A DNA stretch of 64,000 bases from Oscillospiraceae bacterium (GCA_015063325.1 SVUK01000014.1:9918-73917), one strand, 5' to 3'; shown: positions 26,281 to 35,585, counted from the first letter of the stretch. Program-made: numbers and translations. Notes: a model not told the origin generated them from the letters alone.

Positions 26281-27948
26281 ATGCGCGCTCCCAAACATTT
26301 TAAACGCGGCGCATTGGCTTTTGCAATCACCGCGGCGGTACTTGCCGCGGTCGTTCTGCTGAATATCGGCGCGTCGGCACTTTTCGGCAGTCGGCTTCTC
26401 TTTTGGGATCTGACCAACGAATCCATCTACCGGCTGAACGCCGAAACCGTTGAAATGATGAAGCAGACCGAAAGCGAAGCGGCGGCGCTCGCCCAAAGCG
26501 AGGGCGAAAGCCTCCAAAAGGTAAAAATTCTGTTTTGCACCGACCCTGACCTGCTGGTACGGGACGAACGAATGCGCTATGTTTACTACACCGCGCGTGC
26601 GCTTGCCAAGAAATTCCCCACCTTGATTGACCTGCAAACGGTGGACGTTTGGTCAAACCCCTCGTCGGTGGACGATTACCGCGTCAATTCCTATTCCTCC
26701 ATCTATCAAACCGACGTCATCGTTGCGAGCGGAAGCGAATTCCGCGTTCTCGGAGCGGAGAACTTTTACACCTATTCCGAGGGCGAGGACACCCCGTGGG
26801 CATACAACGGCGAGAAAACCTTTGTTAAGGCGATTCGCGCAATTACGCGCGTGGAAACGCCGGTTTGCTGTATTACCGTCAACCACGGCGAACCGCTCGC
26901 CGACCCAACCGCCTATTCCGCCCTTTTGGAAACGGTCAAAGGATCGGGATACCGCATTCGGTATCTGGATCTTGCCGCCGAGGAGATTCCCGAGGATTGC
27001 CGCATGATTCTTGTGTTCGATCCGCAAACCGATTTTACCTCGGGTAACGCGCTATCGGGCAACGCCGGAGAACTTGGCAAGCTGGACGCCTATTTGAGAA
27101 ACGCCAATTCGCTCTTCCTGTTTGCAAATCCGCAAACCCCCTATCTTTCCAATCTGGAAACCTTTTTAGAGGAATGGGGAATTCGCTTTGCGCGGTACCG
27201 GGAGGAGGAAACCGATTTTTCGGGCGCTTACCGCGTTGTCTCTCCCCTGGATTCGGTAGACGGCGAGCGAGGGACCTCGGTTGTTGCAAATTACGAGACC
27301 GCCGGTTCCGGTGCGTCGATCACCAAAAAAATGCGCTCGCACGGCGCTTCCCCGAAGGTGATTTTTCCAAATGCGCTGCCGATTGAGCTTTCCCCAACCT
27401 ACAATTTGGAAATCTCGCTTGCCACCGAAAGCACCGGGCGCTACGAATTCGGAAAATACGCCAAAAACGATGAATATCGCGCCGTTTATAAAATTTTCAG
27501 TTCGACCGGTGCCGATCGCAGAAGCTATGCCGAAGTCGTCGGTGCCGACGGAACGGTTCTGCCCGGCGTGACCGACGCGCGCGGAAACTATACTTTAGCA
27601 ACCATGACCTTTCGCTACGATTCGGAGAAGGAGGGCAATTACGGATTGACCGTGGACCGCAATTCGATGGTCTGTGTGTTCGGTTCCACCGATTTTGCCG
27701 ATGACGCCCTGCTCCGTTCAAGCGCTTACGGAAATAACGATCTGCTTTTGGAGATTATGCGCGGAATGTCGCATGATACCCATGCCGTCGGCTTTGCGCC
27801 CGAATGGTTGCACCGAACCGCAATGGGAAGCGATTATTACAGCGACGACGGAAACCGCACCATCGCCACGGTTTTGGCGCTGATTCCGGCGATTTTCGCC
27901 GTAGGGCTCGGCGTTTATGCGGCAATTCGCCGCCGCCGCGCAAAATAA
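26281..27948 (+). CDS. GldG-like ABC-transport auxiliary protein (paralogue 2)
   Basis: ORF 26161..27948. The ATG at 26281 follows AAAGGAGGA; the ATG at 26242 is an alternative. It has the same N-TM / large domain / C-TM architecture. Confidence 0.7.
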   Translation: MRAPKHFKRGALAFAITAAVLAAVVLLNIGASALFGSRLLFWDLTNESIYRLNAETVEMMKQTESEAAALAQSEGESLQKVKILFCTDPDLLVRDERMRYVYYTARALAKKFPTLIDLQTVDVWSNPSSVDDYRVNSYSSIYQTDVIVASGSEFRVLGAENFYTYSEGEDTPWAYNGEKTFVKAIRAITRVETPVCCITVNHGEPLADPTAYSALLETVKGSGYRIRYLDLAAEEIPEDCRMILVFDPQTDFTSGNALSGNAGELGKLDAYLRNANSLFLFANPQTPYLSNLETFLEEWGIRFARYREEETDFSGAYRVVSPLDSVDGERGTSVVANYETAGSGASITKKMRSHGASPKVIFPNALPIELSPTYNLEISLATESTGRYEFGKYAKNDEYRAVYKIFSSTGADRRSYAEVVGADGTVLPGVTDARGNYTLATMTFRYDSEKEGNYGLTVDRNSMVCVFGSTDFADDALLRSSAYGNNDLLLEIMRGMSHDTHAVGFAPEWLHRTAMGSDYYSDDGNRTIATVLALIPAIFAVGLGVYAAIRRRRAK

Positions 27949-27972
27949 AACGGGAAAGGAGGATCTTGCGTT

Positions 27973-30189
27973 TTGAAAAACGAAACTCAAAAAACGACAA
28001 ATGCAACGGACGCAGCGGACGCAGCGGACGCAGCGAAAAAAAAGCCGAAAACCGCTTTGCGCCGGCAAACGATTGCCGCAATCGTTCTTGCAGGGGTACT
28101 GGTCATTCTCATCGCGGCGCAAATCGTTGCTTCGGGATTGATCCGGATCTACACACTCAAAGATACCTTTCTCGATGAAAACGGCGTTTTACAAACGGTA
28201 AAATATACCGTCAAGCGCGATTCCGCAACCGGACTTTACGCATTGTATAACGAAAGGGGCGAAAAAATGACCTCCGCCCCCGACAACGGCTATAACAATT
28301 ATGAAGTCAACGGGCAGAAAATCGTCGTTTACGAAACCGAGGTCGGCGGCAACCAATACCGCGTCAATACCGCCACCGGCGAGTTCTCGCTTTATGCCTC
28401 GGTCGATCCCGAGGGCGACGAGGTGCGCGGCGGAACGGCAACCAATACCCGATTGCTGATGTTTGCGCGCGTGGACCAATCCGATATTCTCTCTTTGCAG
28501 GTGGAAAACGCGAGCGGAAAATATCGAACCGAAAACAAAAACGGCTCCACAGTGCTTTCGGTTTGGGACGGAGAGGATTGGCAGGAAAGCGCGATTCCGC
28601 CGGATCAGCAGGCGTATGCAAACCTTGCCGTCAACTGCGGTTATACGCTCACCATGCAGAAATTGGATCTTACCGCGCCGGGCGCTCCCCGGCTGGCGGA
28701 CGGCGAAATAAACTACGCCGCCTACGGACTGGACCCGAATGCCGATGAAAATCGCCCGGCAAGCTATATTCTGACCGTCTCGGGCGGAAAAAGCTATACC
28801 GTTCTTGTCGGAAACCTTGCGGTCACGGGCGAAGGATACTATATCAAACGCGCCGACCGGGACGCCGTCTACCTTGCCGATACCGGCGTGTCGGTTTTGC
28901 ATTTGCCGGTGGAAAAACTGGTCTCTCCCATGGCATTTTATCCATTGGGGGAAACGACCTATCCCATGGTGGAAAATTTCTTTCTTTGGAAGGTGGGGCA
29001 TTACGATTCCGAAAACGAGCAGGCGGATTCGCAAATCGTTACCGCGTTCGGTTATCGCGATCTTGCTCTGCGCGAGTACACCCTCTATCAAACAACGCCC
29101 TATGTCATTCCCGAACAGATTGAATTTTTAAACGGCTACTCCATCAACGATTGGGAAATTTCCGAGCTGCTCTCGCGGCTCTACTGCGTGCAATATCTCT
29201 CCTGCGAAAAATTCATGCCCGAGCTTGAAGATTTGGAAGCGGTCGGCTTGACCGAGAATTTTCACTATCTTATTTTTGATTTTCCCGTGGCAACCGATAC
29301 CGACGGCTCCAAGATCTACGTTCGCAACACCATTTTCATCAGCCAAAAGATCTACAGCGAAAAACTGGGACAAGAAGTTTGCTATCTCTATTCGCCTGCC
29401 CCTGCCGAAACGGACGATCCCTCGGTTTTCACATGGGGATATGATATGATCGTTGCCGTCGATCCCTACTATTTCTCCTTCATTGAATGGGAGCAAAGCC
29501 GCTGGTATAGTCCCTACTATTTCCAAACCGATCTTTCTTACCTGCGCGAATTGCACCTGACCTTTGGAGAAAAACAGTACGATTTCTATCTGGACAACAG
29601 CAAATCAAGCCAAAAGGATGGCATTTCCGCCGAAAATTTGGAGGTTATTTGTCCCCAATACCCAAGCTCCGACCACAAATTGGATTATCAGGAACAGCTG
29701 ATTGAAACCTCGGATACCGGCAAAACAACCGTGACCGATTATACCGGCGTGCGGAATTTCAAAAGGTTGATTTCCAAATTGTTTATGGGAACCATTGAAG
29801 GGGATGTCGACTGTGCACAGTTTGAGGAGCAAACCGGAAAAACGGTGGAGCAGTTCATTGCCGACGATGTTGACGACAACCTTTGCATTGCAAAAATCCG
29901 ATACCATCTGGAGGATTATGCCGACGAGTATAACAGCTATTGGCAGGGCAATAACCGGCGCGATATCGTTCTTCGCTTCTACGAGTACGAGCCGAGCGGC
30001 CGCAAATGCCTTTTGACTGTGGAAGTACTGGAGCGCGACGATGAGGGGAACCTTTTGACCGATGAAGACGGCGAGCCGCTGACCGATCCGACGCGTGCAA
30101 CCGGATTGTTCTATGTTAATTCCGCCTCGCTCGGCGTTTTCGCCGGCTATACCGAGGACCTTTTGAACAAAGTCCTGATTCCAAATTGA
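27973..30189 (+). CDS. DUF4340-like large membrane-anchored protein
   Basis: TTG start at 27973, 10 nt after AAAGGAGGA. It has a single N-terminal TM segment. Its position after GldG genes matches the usual DUF4340 partner. The family call is from context and by-eye similarity. Confidence 0.7.
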   Translation: MKNETQKTTNATDAADAADAAKKKPKTALRRQTIAAIVLAGVLVILIAAQIVASGLIRIYTLKDTFLDENGVLQTVKYTVKRDSATGLYALYNERGEKMTSAPDNGYNNYEVNGQKIVVYETEVGGNQYRVNTATGEFSLYASVDPEGDEVRGGTATNTRLLMFARVDQSDILSLQVENASGKYRTENKNGSTVLSVWDGEDWQESAIPPDQQAYANLAVNCGYTLTMQKLDLTAPGAPRLADGEINYAAYGLDPNADENRPASYILTVSGGKSYTVLVGNLAVTGEGYYIKRADRDAVYLADTGVSVLHLPVEKLVSPMAFYPLGETTYPMVENFFLWKVGHYDSENEQADSQIVTAFGYRDLALREYTLYQTTPYVIPEQIEFLNGYSINDWEISELLSRLYCVQYLSCEKFMPELEDLEAVGLTENFHYLIFDFPVATDTDGSKIYVRNTIFISQKIYSEKLGQEVCYLYSPAPAETDDPSVFTWGYDMIVAVDPYYFSFIEWEQSRWYSPYYFQTDLSYLRELHLTFGEKQYDFYLDNSKSSQKDGISAENLEVICPQYPSSDHKLDYQEQLIETSDTGKTTVTDYTGVRNFKRLISKLFMGTIEGDVDCAQFEEQTGKTVEQFIADDVDDNLCIAKIRYHLEDYADEYNSYWQGNNRRDIVLRFYEYEPSGRKCLLTVEVLERDDEGNLLTDEDGEPLTDPTRATGLFYVNSASLGVFAGYTEDLLNKVLIPN

Positions 30190-30229
30190 AAACAATTCAA
30201 ACGAAAAAAGCAAAATTAAAAAAGCATGG

Positions 30230-30260
30230 AAAAAGAGCGTCATTCGTGACGCTCTTTTTC
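30230..30260. terminator. Bidirectional intrinsic terminator
   Basis: AAAAAGAGCGTCA-TTCG-TGACGCTCTTTTT: a 9-bp stem flanked by an A-run and a T-run. Confidence 0.8.
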
Positions 30261-30548
30261 GTATATATCCTGCGTAAAATGCACGCCGGCAAGATAGCCT
30301 AAATGGAAAGCCTCAATCAAAGCGTCGGTGTTCTGCGCCGAAAGCGCCCCCAACTGTCGGTTTTTTTTCCCAATCTTCAAAGCGCATCTGAATCGCCCTC
30401 AATTTCCAGGGGTCAAGCGAATCAAATAACGGCGCCGTTTTTTTCGATCATACATTTTTGCCGGATCTTCCTCTCGCTCCCATTTTTCCGGCGTTTTTAA
30501 ATTTTTCAGCTCTTCATAGTCTTTTATCTTTTGATCCCACGCATCCAT
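30240..30548 (-). pseudogene. Small gene apparently broken by two frameshifts
   Basis: ATG at 30548 gives MDAWDQKIKDYEELKNLKTPEKWEREEDPAKMYDRKKRRRYLIRLTPGN* with the stop at 30399. Two other frames continue coherently: ..DPWKLRAIQMRFEDWEKK, then ..NRQLGALSAQNTDALIEAFHLGYLAGVHFTQDIYEKERHE* ending at 30240. The second shift coincides with an A8/T8 run at 30361-30368. Confidence 0.35.
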
Positions 30549-30656
30549 TATTTTCTACCTCTTCCTTTTTTTATTTTTCTCTATTATACACCAAACGGTG
30601 TACGATATCAACACCAAATGGTGTTATATGGGTAGAATAACTTCGAGGTGATAGAA

Positions 30657-30875
30657 ATGAAATACGGAAGAATTCGTGATTTACGCGAAGATCACGATTT
30701 ATCGCAAGCGAGAGCCGCGGAACTGATTGGATTATATAAAACGACCTATCAGCGGTATGAATCCGGGCAAAGAGAAATTCCGTTTGACATTGCTATTGCA
30801 ATTGCAAAGCTTTATAACGTATCGCTGGATTTTCTTGCCGGAAGAACAAATGATCCGCACGGAACGGCATATTGA
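30657..30875 (+). CDS. XRE family helix-turn-helix transcriptional regulator
   Basis: ATG at 30657 follows GAGGTG. The sequence MKYGRIRDLREDHDLSQARAAELIGLYKTTYQRYESGQREIP is a Cro/C1-type HTH. Confidence 0.8.
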   Translation: MKYGRIRDLREDHDLSQARAAELIGLYKTTYQRYESGQREIPFDIAIAIAKLYNVSLDFLAGRTNDPHGTAY

Positions 30876-31057
30876 GAAAACCACCGCAGAGCAACCGAAC
30901 CCGGCAGCTCTGCGGTTGCGTTACACTGCGCCTTTTGAAAAAAGGCTTTTTCTTTTTTGGTTTTTTTGGGGGTAAAATTTTCCGATAGACTTGTAAAATA
31001 ATAGGAAATATGATAGAATGAATTTGGTAAATTCCCGGGAAAAGGAGAACCCTTTTT

Positions 31058-32407
31058 ATGAAAATCGGATTTGTTTCGCTCGGTTGTCCCAAAAATCAGC
31101 TGGACACCGAGGTCATGCTGCACGAAGTCGTTTCGGCTGGCTACGAGGTCACGCCCGACGAAACCGAGGCGGACGTTGTCATCATCAACACCTGCGCCTT
31201 TATCGAAAGCGCCAAAAAAGAGGCGATCGACAATATTTTGGACGTTGCATGGCTGAAAAAACACCGCTCTCTGCAAGCCATTATCGTCACAGGTTGCCTT
31301 GCCGAGCGATACGGGCAGGAGATTTTTACCGAACTGCCCGAGGTGGACGCTGTACTCGGCGTTGGAAGCATTCATAAGATTGTGGAAGCGATCGAATCGG
31401 TAACCGCCAAAAAGAAACGAGGCGAACAGGTCAAAAAATTCTATGCCCACGACGACCGCAACGCCGTCACCCTGGGCGGCGACCGCGTTTTGACCACGCC
31501 CGACTACGCCGCCTACCTCAAAATCGCCGAGGGGTGCGATAACCGCTGCACCTACTGCGCCATCCCCAATATCCGGGGGCATTTCCGTTCCCGTTCCATG
31601 GAGGAGCTGATTGCCGAAGCGCAGGATTTAGAGAGGTTGGGCGTAAAGGAACTGACCTTGATTGCGCAGGACACCACTCGCTACGGGCAGGACTTGTACG
31701 GAAAATACGCGCTTGCCGAACTGATCCGCAAGATTACCGAGGCAACGACCATTCCGTGGATTCGCATTCTGTATTGCTATCCCGACAAGATCACCGACGA
31801 ACTGATTGCCGAACTGAAAAACAACCCCCGGCTGGTCAAGTATATTGACCTGCCGCTGCAACATATCAGCGACGATGTTCTGCGCCGCATGAACCGCCGC
31901 GGAGACAGCACCATGATTCGGGAGGTGCTCTCCAAGCTCCGCCGCGAGGTGCCCGGAATCGTCATTCGCACCACCTTCATCGTCGGGTTCCCCGGCGAGA
32001 CCGAGGCGGATTTTGAAGAACTCTGCGCCTTCCTCAAAGAGCAGAACTTTGATCACGCCGGCGCGTTTGCCTACTCGCGCGAGGAGGATACCCCGGCATA
32101 CGATTTCCCCGATCAGATCGACGAGCAAATCAAGCAGGACCGCCTTGATATTCTCATGCGCGCGCAGAGCGAGATCAATGAAAAGCTCAACGAGAGCAAG
32201 ATTGGAAACGTCATTCGCGTTTTGTGCGAGGATTACGATTCCGCCGCCGAGATCTATTACGGGCGCAGTGAAGCCGATGCGCCGGAGATCGACGGCAAGG
32301 TCTATTTCCGCTCCAAAGAGAAGATCGAACCCGGAACCTTTGTTTCGGTCAAAGTGACCGAGGCGCTGGACTACGATCTTTCGGGCGACGTTGTTTCCAT
32401 GGAATAA
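31058..32407 (+). CDS. rimO: Ribosomal protein S12 methylthiotransferase RimO
   Basis: MKIGFVSLGCPKN UPF0004 domain, CDNRCTYC radical-SAM cluster and a C-terminal TRAM domain. Confidence 0.9.
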   Translation: MKIGFVSLGCPKNQLDTEVMLHEVVSAGYEVTPDETEADVVIINTCAFIESAKKEAIDNILDVAWLKKHRSLQAIIVTGCLAERYGQEIFTELPEVDAVLGVGSIHKIVEAIESVTAKKKRGEQVKKFYAHDDRNAVTLGGDRVLTTPDYAAYLKIAEGCDNRCTYCAIPNIRGHFRSRSMEELIAEAQDLERLGVKELTLIAQDTTRYGQDLYGKYALAELIRKITEATTIPWIRILYCYPDKITDELIAELKNNPRLVKYIDLPLQHISDDVLRRMNRRGDSTMIREVLSKLRREVPGIVIRTTFIVGFPGETEADFEELCAFLKEQNFDHAGAFAYSREEDTPAYDFPDQIDEQIKQDRLDILMRAQSEINEKLNESKIGNVIRVLCEDYDSAAEIYYGRSEADAPEIDGKVYFRSKEKIEPGTFVSVKVTEALDYDLSGDVVSME

Positions 32408-32443
32408 TCAAACAATCAAAGATAAAAAAGAAAGGGGACTGCC

Positions 32444-33058
32444 ATGAAACTCAATCTTCCCAATAAGCTCACCGTTTTGCGCCTGTTGTTGGTGCCGGTC
32501 ATTTTGGTGTTCACCATTCTGCCCTATTCCATTTGGGCGAATCTTGCGGCGTTTGCGGTGTTTGCCATTGCCTCGCTGACCGACCTTTTGGACGGCAAAA
32601 TTGCACGCAAATACAACCTGATTACCGATTTCGGCAAATTTCTCGATCCGCTTGCCGATAAATTTATGGTCATTGCCGCCGTGTTCGGGCTGGTCTGCCG
32701 CGGATTCGTCCAGCAGGACGAGTGGCTTTTCTGGGTGTTTATGGTCATGCTGATCGTCACCATCTTCCGCGAGCTTGCCGTGGCGTCCATTCGTTTGGTA
32801 GCTTCCACCACCGGCGGCGTGGTCGTTCCTGCCAATCTGCTGGGCAAAATCAAAACGGTAACGCAGATGGCGTGCATCCTGTTCGGGCTTTTGGAGCCGG
32901 TCGTCCACGATCTTGTCGGTCGCGCCGTTCCGGACTTTTATTTCAATGGATTTTATTTCGTTACTTACGTCACAGCTGCGGTCGCCATTGTGTTTACGGT
33001 CATCTCCGGCGTCGTCTATCTCAAAGCTTATTGGAAATATCTCGACCCGCAAAAATAA
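32444..33058 (+). CDS. pgsA: CDP-diacylglycerol--glycerol-3-phosphate 3-phosphatidyltransferase
   Basis: NLPNKLT.LR and the CDP-alcohol phosphatidyltransferase motif DLLDGKIARKYN..TDFGKFLDPLADK. Confidence 0.9.
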   Translation: MKLNLPNKLTVLRLLLVPVILVFTILPYSIWANLAAFAVFAIASLTDLLDGKIARKYNLITDFGKFLDPLADKFMVIAAVFGLVCRGFVQQDEWLFWVFMVMLIVTIFRELAVASIRLVASTTGGVVVPANLLGKIKTVTQMACILFGLLEPVVHDLVGRAVPDFYFNGFYFVTYVTAAVAIVFTVISGVVYLKAYWKYLDPQK

Positions 33059-33062
33059 AAAA

Positions 33063-33360
33063 TCAAACAATCCCTCAGTCGCCTACGGCGCCAGCTCCCT
33101 TTACACAAGGGAGCCAAAGGCTTAAACCCCTTCAAAATCTGTTTTGATTTTGTCTGGTTTTTATCCAGCTTGGTTTTGTATCTTTTTAAGAAAAAAACGT
33201 TTAGAGTAGGATATATCCATTTTACTTTTCATATTAGGTAACCGTCTTTAAGAAAACCGTTTAGAAAAAGCATATTTATTTCATTTTTCGTATCAGACAA
33301 TTTGGCTGGCTCCCTTGTGTAAATGGAGCTGTCGAACTTGCTCGACTGAGGGATTGTCAG
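33063..33360. repeat. MITE-like unit of a second repeat family (about 50-bp inverted termini around an AT-rich core)
   Basis: Left arm CAATCCCTCAGTCGCCTACGGCGCCAGCTCCCTTTACACAAGGGAGCC (33068-33117). Right arm GGCTCCCTTGTGTAAATGGAGCTGTCGAACTTGCTCGACTGAGGGATTG (33305-33357). The 185-bp core contains two direct repeats of about 45 bp (TTTAAGAAAAA..CGTTTAGA..). Confidence 0.8.
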
Positions 33361-33505
33361 AAACGCAAGAGGAAAAAGAGGAAAATTTTCCCGTTTTTTT
33401 GAAAAAAAGAGAAAAAGATTGAAAAACCCCCTTGCAAAATGGGCAAAAATCGTGTAAAATAAAGTGAACAAATCCTGATTTTTATATTCATTCCGGAGGT
33501 ATACT

Positions 33506-34066
33506 ATGGTAGTAGCAGGCGATTTTAAAAACGGTATCACTTTTGACGACGGTCAGGGCAACGTCCTTCAGGTCGTCGAATTCCAGCATGTCAAACCCGG
33601 CAAGGGCGCAGCGTTCGTTCGCACCAAGCTGAAAAACGTCATTTCCGGCGCGGTCATTGAAAAAACGTTCAGCCCCACCGATAAATTTGAGAATGCGTAT
33701 ATCGAACGCAGAGATATGCAGTATTCCTATGACGACGGCGACCTTTACCACTTTATGGACACCGAAACTTGGGAAGAAACGCTCATCGCGCATGACAAAG
33801 TGGGCGAAAACTTCCGCTTCGTCAAAGAGGAAATGATGTGCAAGATCATCTCCTATAAGGGCAACGTTTTCGGCGTTGAGCCTCCCACATTCGTGGAGCT
33901 TACCGTTACGCATACCGATCCCGGTTTTGCAGGCAACACCGCAACCAACACCCTCAAACCGGCAACGCTGGAAACCGGCGCAGAAATCCGCGTTCCGCTC
34001 TTCATCAACGAGGGCGACGTCCTGAAGATTGACACCAGAACGGGAGAATATCTCTCTCGCGCATAA
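33506..34066 (+). CDS. efp: Elongation factor P
   Basis: [19 protein letters not shown] and full-length EF-P similarity. Confidence 0.95.
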   Translation: MVVAGDFKNGITFDDGQGNVLQVVEFQHVKPGKGAAFVRTKLKNVISGAVIEKTFSPTDKFENAYIERRDMQYSYDDGDLYHFMDTETWEETLIAHDKVGENFRFVKEEMMCKIISYKGNVFGVEPPTFVELTVTHTDPGFAGNTATNTLKPATLETGAEIRVPLFINEGDVLKIDTRTGEYLSRA

Positions 34067-34149
34067 GTCTATAACGAAAACGGGGAAGCATAACTTCCCC
34101 GTTCCTTATAACGGGGGTTCCCCCATGAAATAAGAAAGGAAGAAAAAAG

Positions 34150-34644
34150 ATGAAACTGACCGAAAAAGCGTCCTATATCAAAGGACTTGTGGAAGGCATG
34201 GAACTGGACACCACCACCAAAGAGGGAAAGGTGATTGCCGCGCTTCTCGACCTGACCGACGAACTGGCACAGGCGGTGACCGATATTCAGGAAGATATTG
34301 AGGAGATTGACAGCGACCTCCAGGAGCTCCAGGACTACGCCGAAGAATTGGACGACGACCTTGCCGACGTAGAGGATTACCTCTCGGGCGACGACGAAGA
34401 CGAAGAAGAGGACGACGAAGCGGAAGATTGGGACGACGGCGAGGACTGCGACGGCGACTGCGAAAATTGCAGCGGCTGCGACGATACCGACTACTACGAA
34501 ATCGTTTGCCCCTCCTGCGGCGAGACGGTTTGCTTTGACGAATCGCTCGATCCCGAAAATTTGACCTGCCCGGCTTGCGGCGAAAAATTCGGCTGCATTG
34601 TTGACGAGTCCGATTTCAAAAAGATCAGCAAAGACGAAGAATAA
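34150..34644 (+). CDS. Highly acidic protein with C-terminal CxxC..CxxC zinc ribbon
   Basis: 164 aa. It has a helical N-domain, a D/E-rich linker, and CPSCGETVCF...CPACGEKF. It resembles the CD1247 N-terminal domain family. Confidence 0.7.
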   Translation: MKLTEKASYIKGLVEGMELDTTTKEGKVIAALLDLTDELAQAVTDIQEDIEEIDSDLQELQDYAEELDDDLADVEDYLSGDDEDEEEDDEAEDWDDGEDCDGDCENCSGCDDTDYYEIVCPSCGETVCFDESLDPENLTCPACGEKFGCIVDESDFKKISKDEE

Positions 34645-34649
34645 AAAAA

Positions 34650-35065
34650 GATAGCAAGAGGGGAGAAACCTTTTTGAAAAAAGGGTTTCTCCCCTCGCGC
34701 ACTCTCCCCGCTTCTAATAATTTTCAGGGAGAAGGATATGCCGGGGGAGGTGGGCTTTTCCGAAAAGAAAATGCCCACCTCCCCCGGTATTCCCTCCGCC
34801 CAAAAGAAATCAAAAAAAGGTAAAAGGAACGCTTTTTTACGTCTGTTTTTTGTAAATTTCATCAAGGACGCTGAAGAAAAAACACTTTCAAAAACTTTAA
34901 AAAGGGGACTTTTTAAAGTTTTTGGAAAACGGTTTTCCGCACAGCTCCGGATAGGTTTTATTTTCAGCCTCTATTTATAAAGTTTTGATCCAACTTTTTC
35001 AAAAGTTGGTAGGGTGTGGGACAAAGTCCCACGACCTTATTTCGCGCCTTTGGCGCAAACCTTCC
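34650..35065. repeat. Intergenic palindromic repeat cluster C7 (GE, GE variant, linker, M2, LSR)
   Basis: Hairpins at 34658-34696 and 34741-34786. M2 module at about 34885-34975. LSR unit at 34970-35065. Confidence 0.85.
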
Positions 35066-35119
35066 TTGCTTTTTTTGCCGAACTGGAAGGGAATATTCTG
35101 TCACTTTCCACAAAATAAA

Positions 35120-35234
35120 GTTAGCAATTGCTAACCAATTTTGTGAAAAAAGACAAAATGTGAAAAAATAATGCAAAACAGTTGACAAAATGCAATTTGG
35201 GGCGTATAATTTGTTGTGGTTAGCAAAGGCTAAC
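35120..35234 (+). promoter_or_regulatory. feo promoter with two GTTAGC-N4-GCTAAC palindromes
   Basis: TTGACA at 35182-35187, a 17-nt spacer, and TATAAT at 35205-35210. Palindromes GTTAGCAATTGCTAAC (35120-35135) and GTTAGCAAAGGCTAAC (35219-35234) bracket it. Confidence 0.6.
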
Positions 35235-35372
35235 TCAAAAAAGCGGAATGATCTGCAAAAAATGGGATAATCTGAGCAAAAATCGGAAAGATCCGTGTAG
35301 AAAACAGAGAAATCCGTGCAGTAAAAGCCGGAGAAATCCGAGCCATTCCCGATACCGGAGGAACAAATACCC

Positions 35373-35585
35373 ATGATGCCTTTGATTCTCGCTCCCGAAG
35401 GGGAGGAACTGATTGTAAAGAAGATCGGCGGAAGTCCCGACGTGCGCCAGCATTTGGCGGACATTGGCTTTCATGTTGGAAGCGTCGTTACCGTTGTGAC
35501 CACGCTTGCCGGCAATCTGATCGTTAAAATTATGGATTCGCGCATTGCCATCAGTCGGGAAATGGCGCAAAAAATTATGGTTTGA
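35373..35585 (+). CDS. feoA: FeoA family protein
   Basis: 70 aa. SH3-like FeoA pattern (G..L.V..I.G......L...G...G..V.V). Confidence 0.85.
   Translation: MMPLILAPEGEELIVKKIGGSPDVRQHLADIGFHVGSVVTVVTTLAGNLIVKIMDSRIAISREMAQKIMV

Noticed and set aside
28008-28034. A 9-bp x3 tandem repeat GGACGCAGC (DAADAADAA) at the 5' end of the DUF4340-like gene.
   Set aside because: It is an in-frame low-complexity stretch in the cytoplasmic tail. It is too short and isolated to argue for phase variation.
30303-30500. Plus-strand ORF 30303..30500 (65 aa) next to the XRE gene.
   Set aside because: It has no RBS and an odd composition. It is antisense to the more coherent, though frameshifted, minus-strand reading frames.
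30657-30875. Prophage remnants suggested by the four XRE/Cro-type regulators (30657, 47044, 58339, and the element region).
   Set aside because: No capsid, terminase, portal, tail, holin or integrase genes accompany the first three. They look like ordinary small regulators.
33229-33540. Minus-strand ORF 33229..33540 and ORF 33488..33913 near efp.
   Set aside because: The first lies in the AT-rich core and arm of the MITE-like repeat and in the efp promoter. The second is antisense to efp. Neither has an RBS or motifs.
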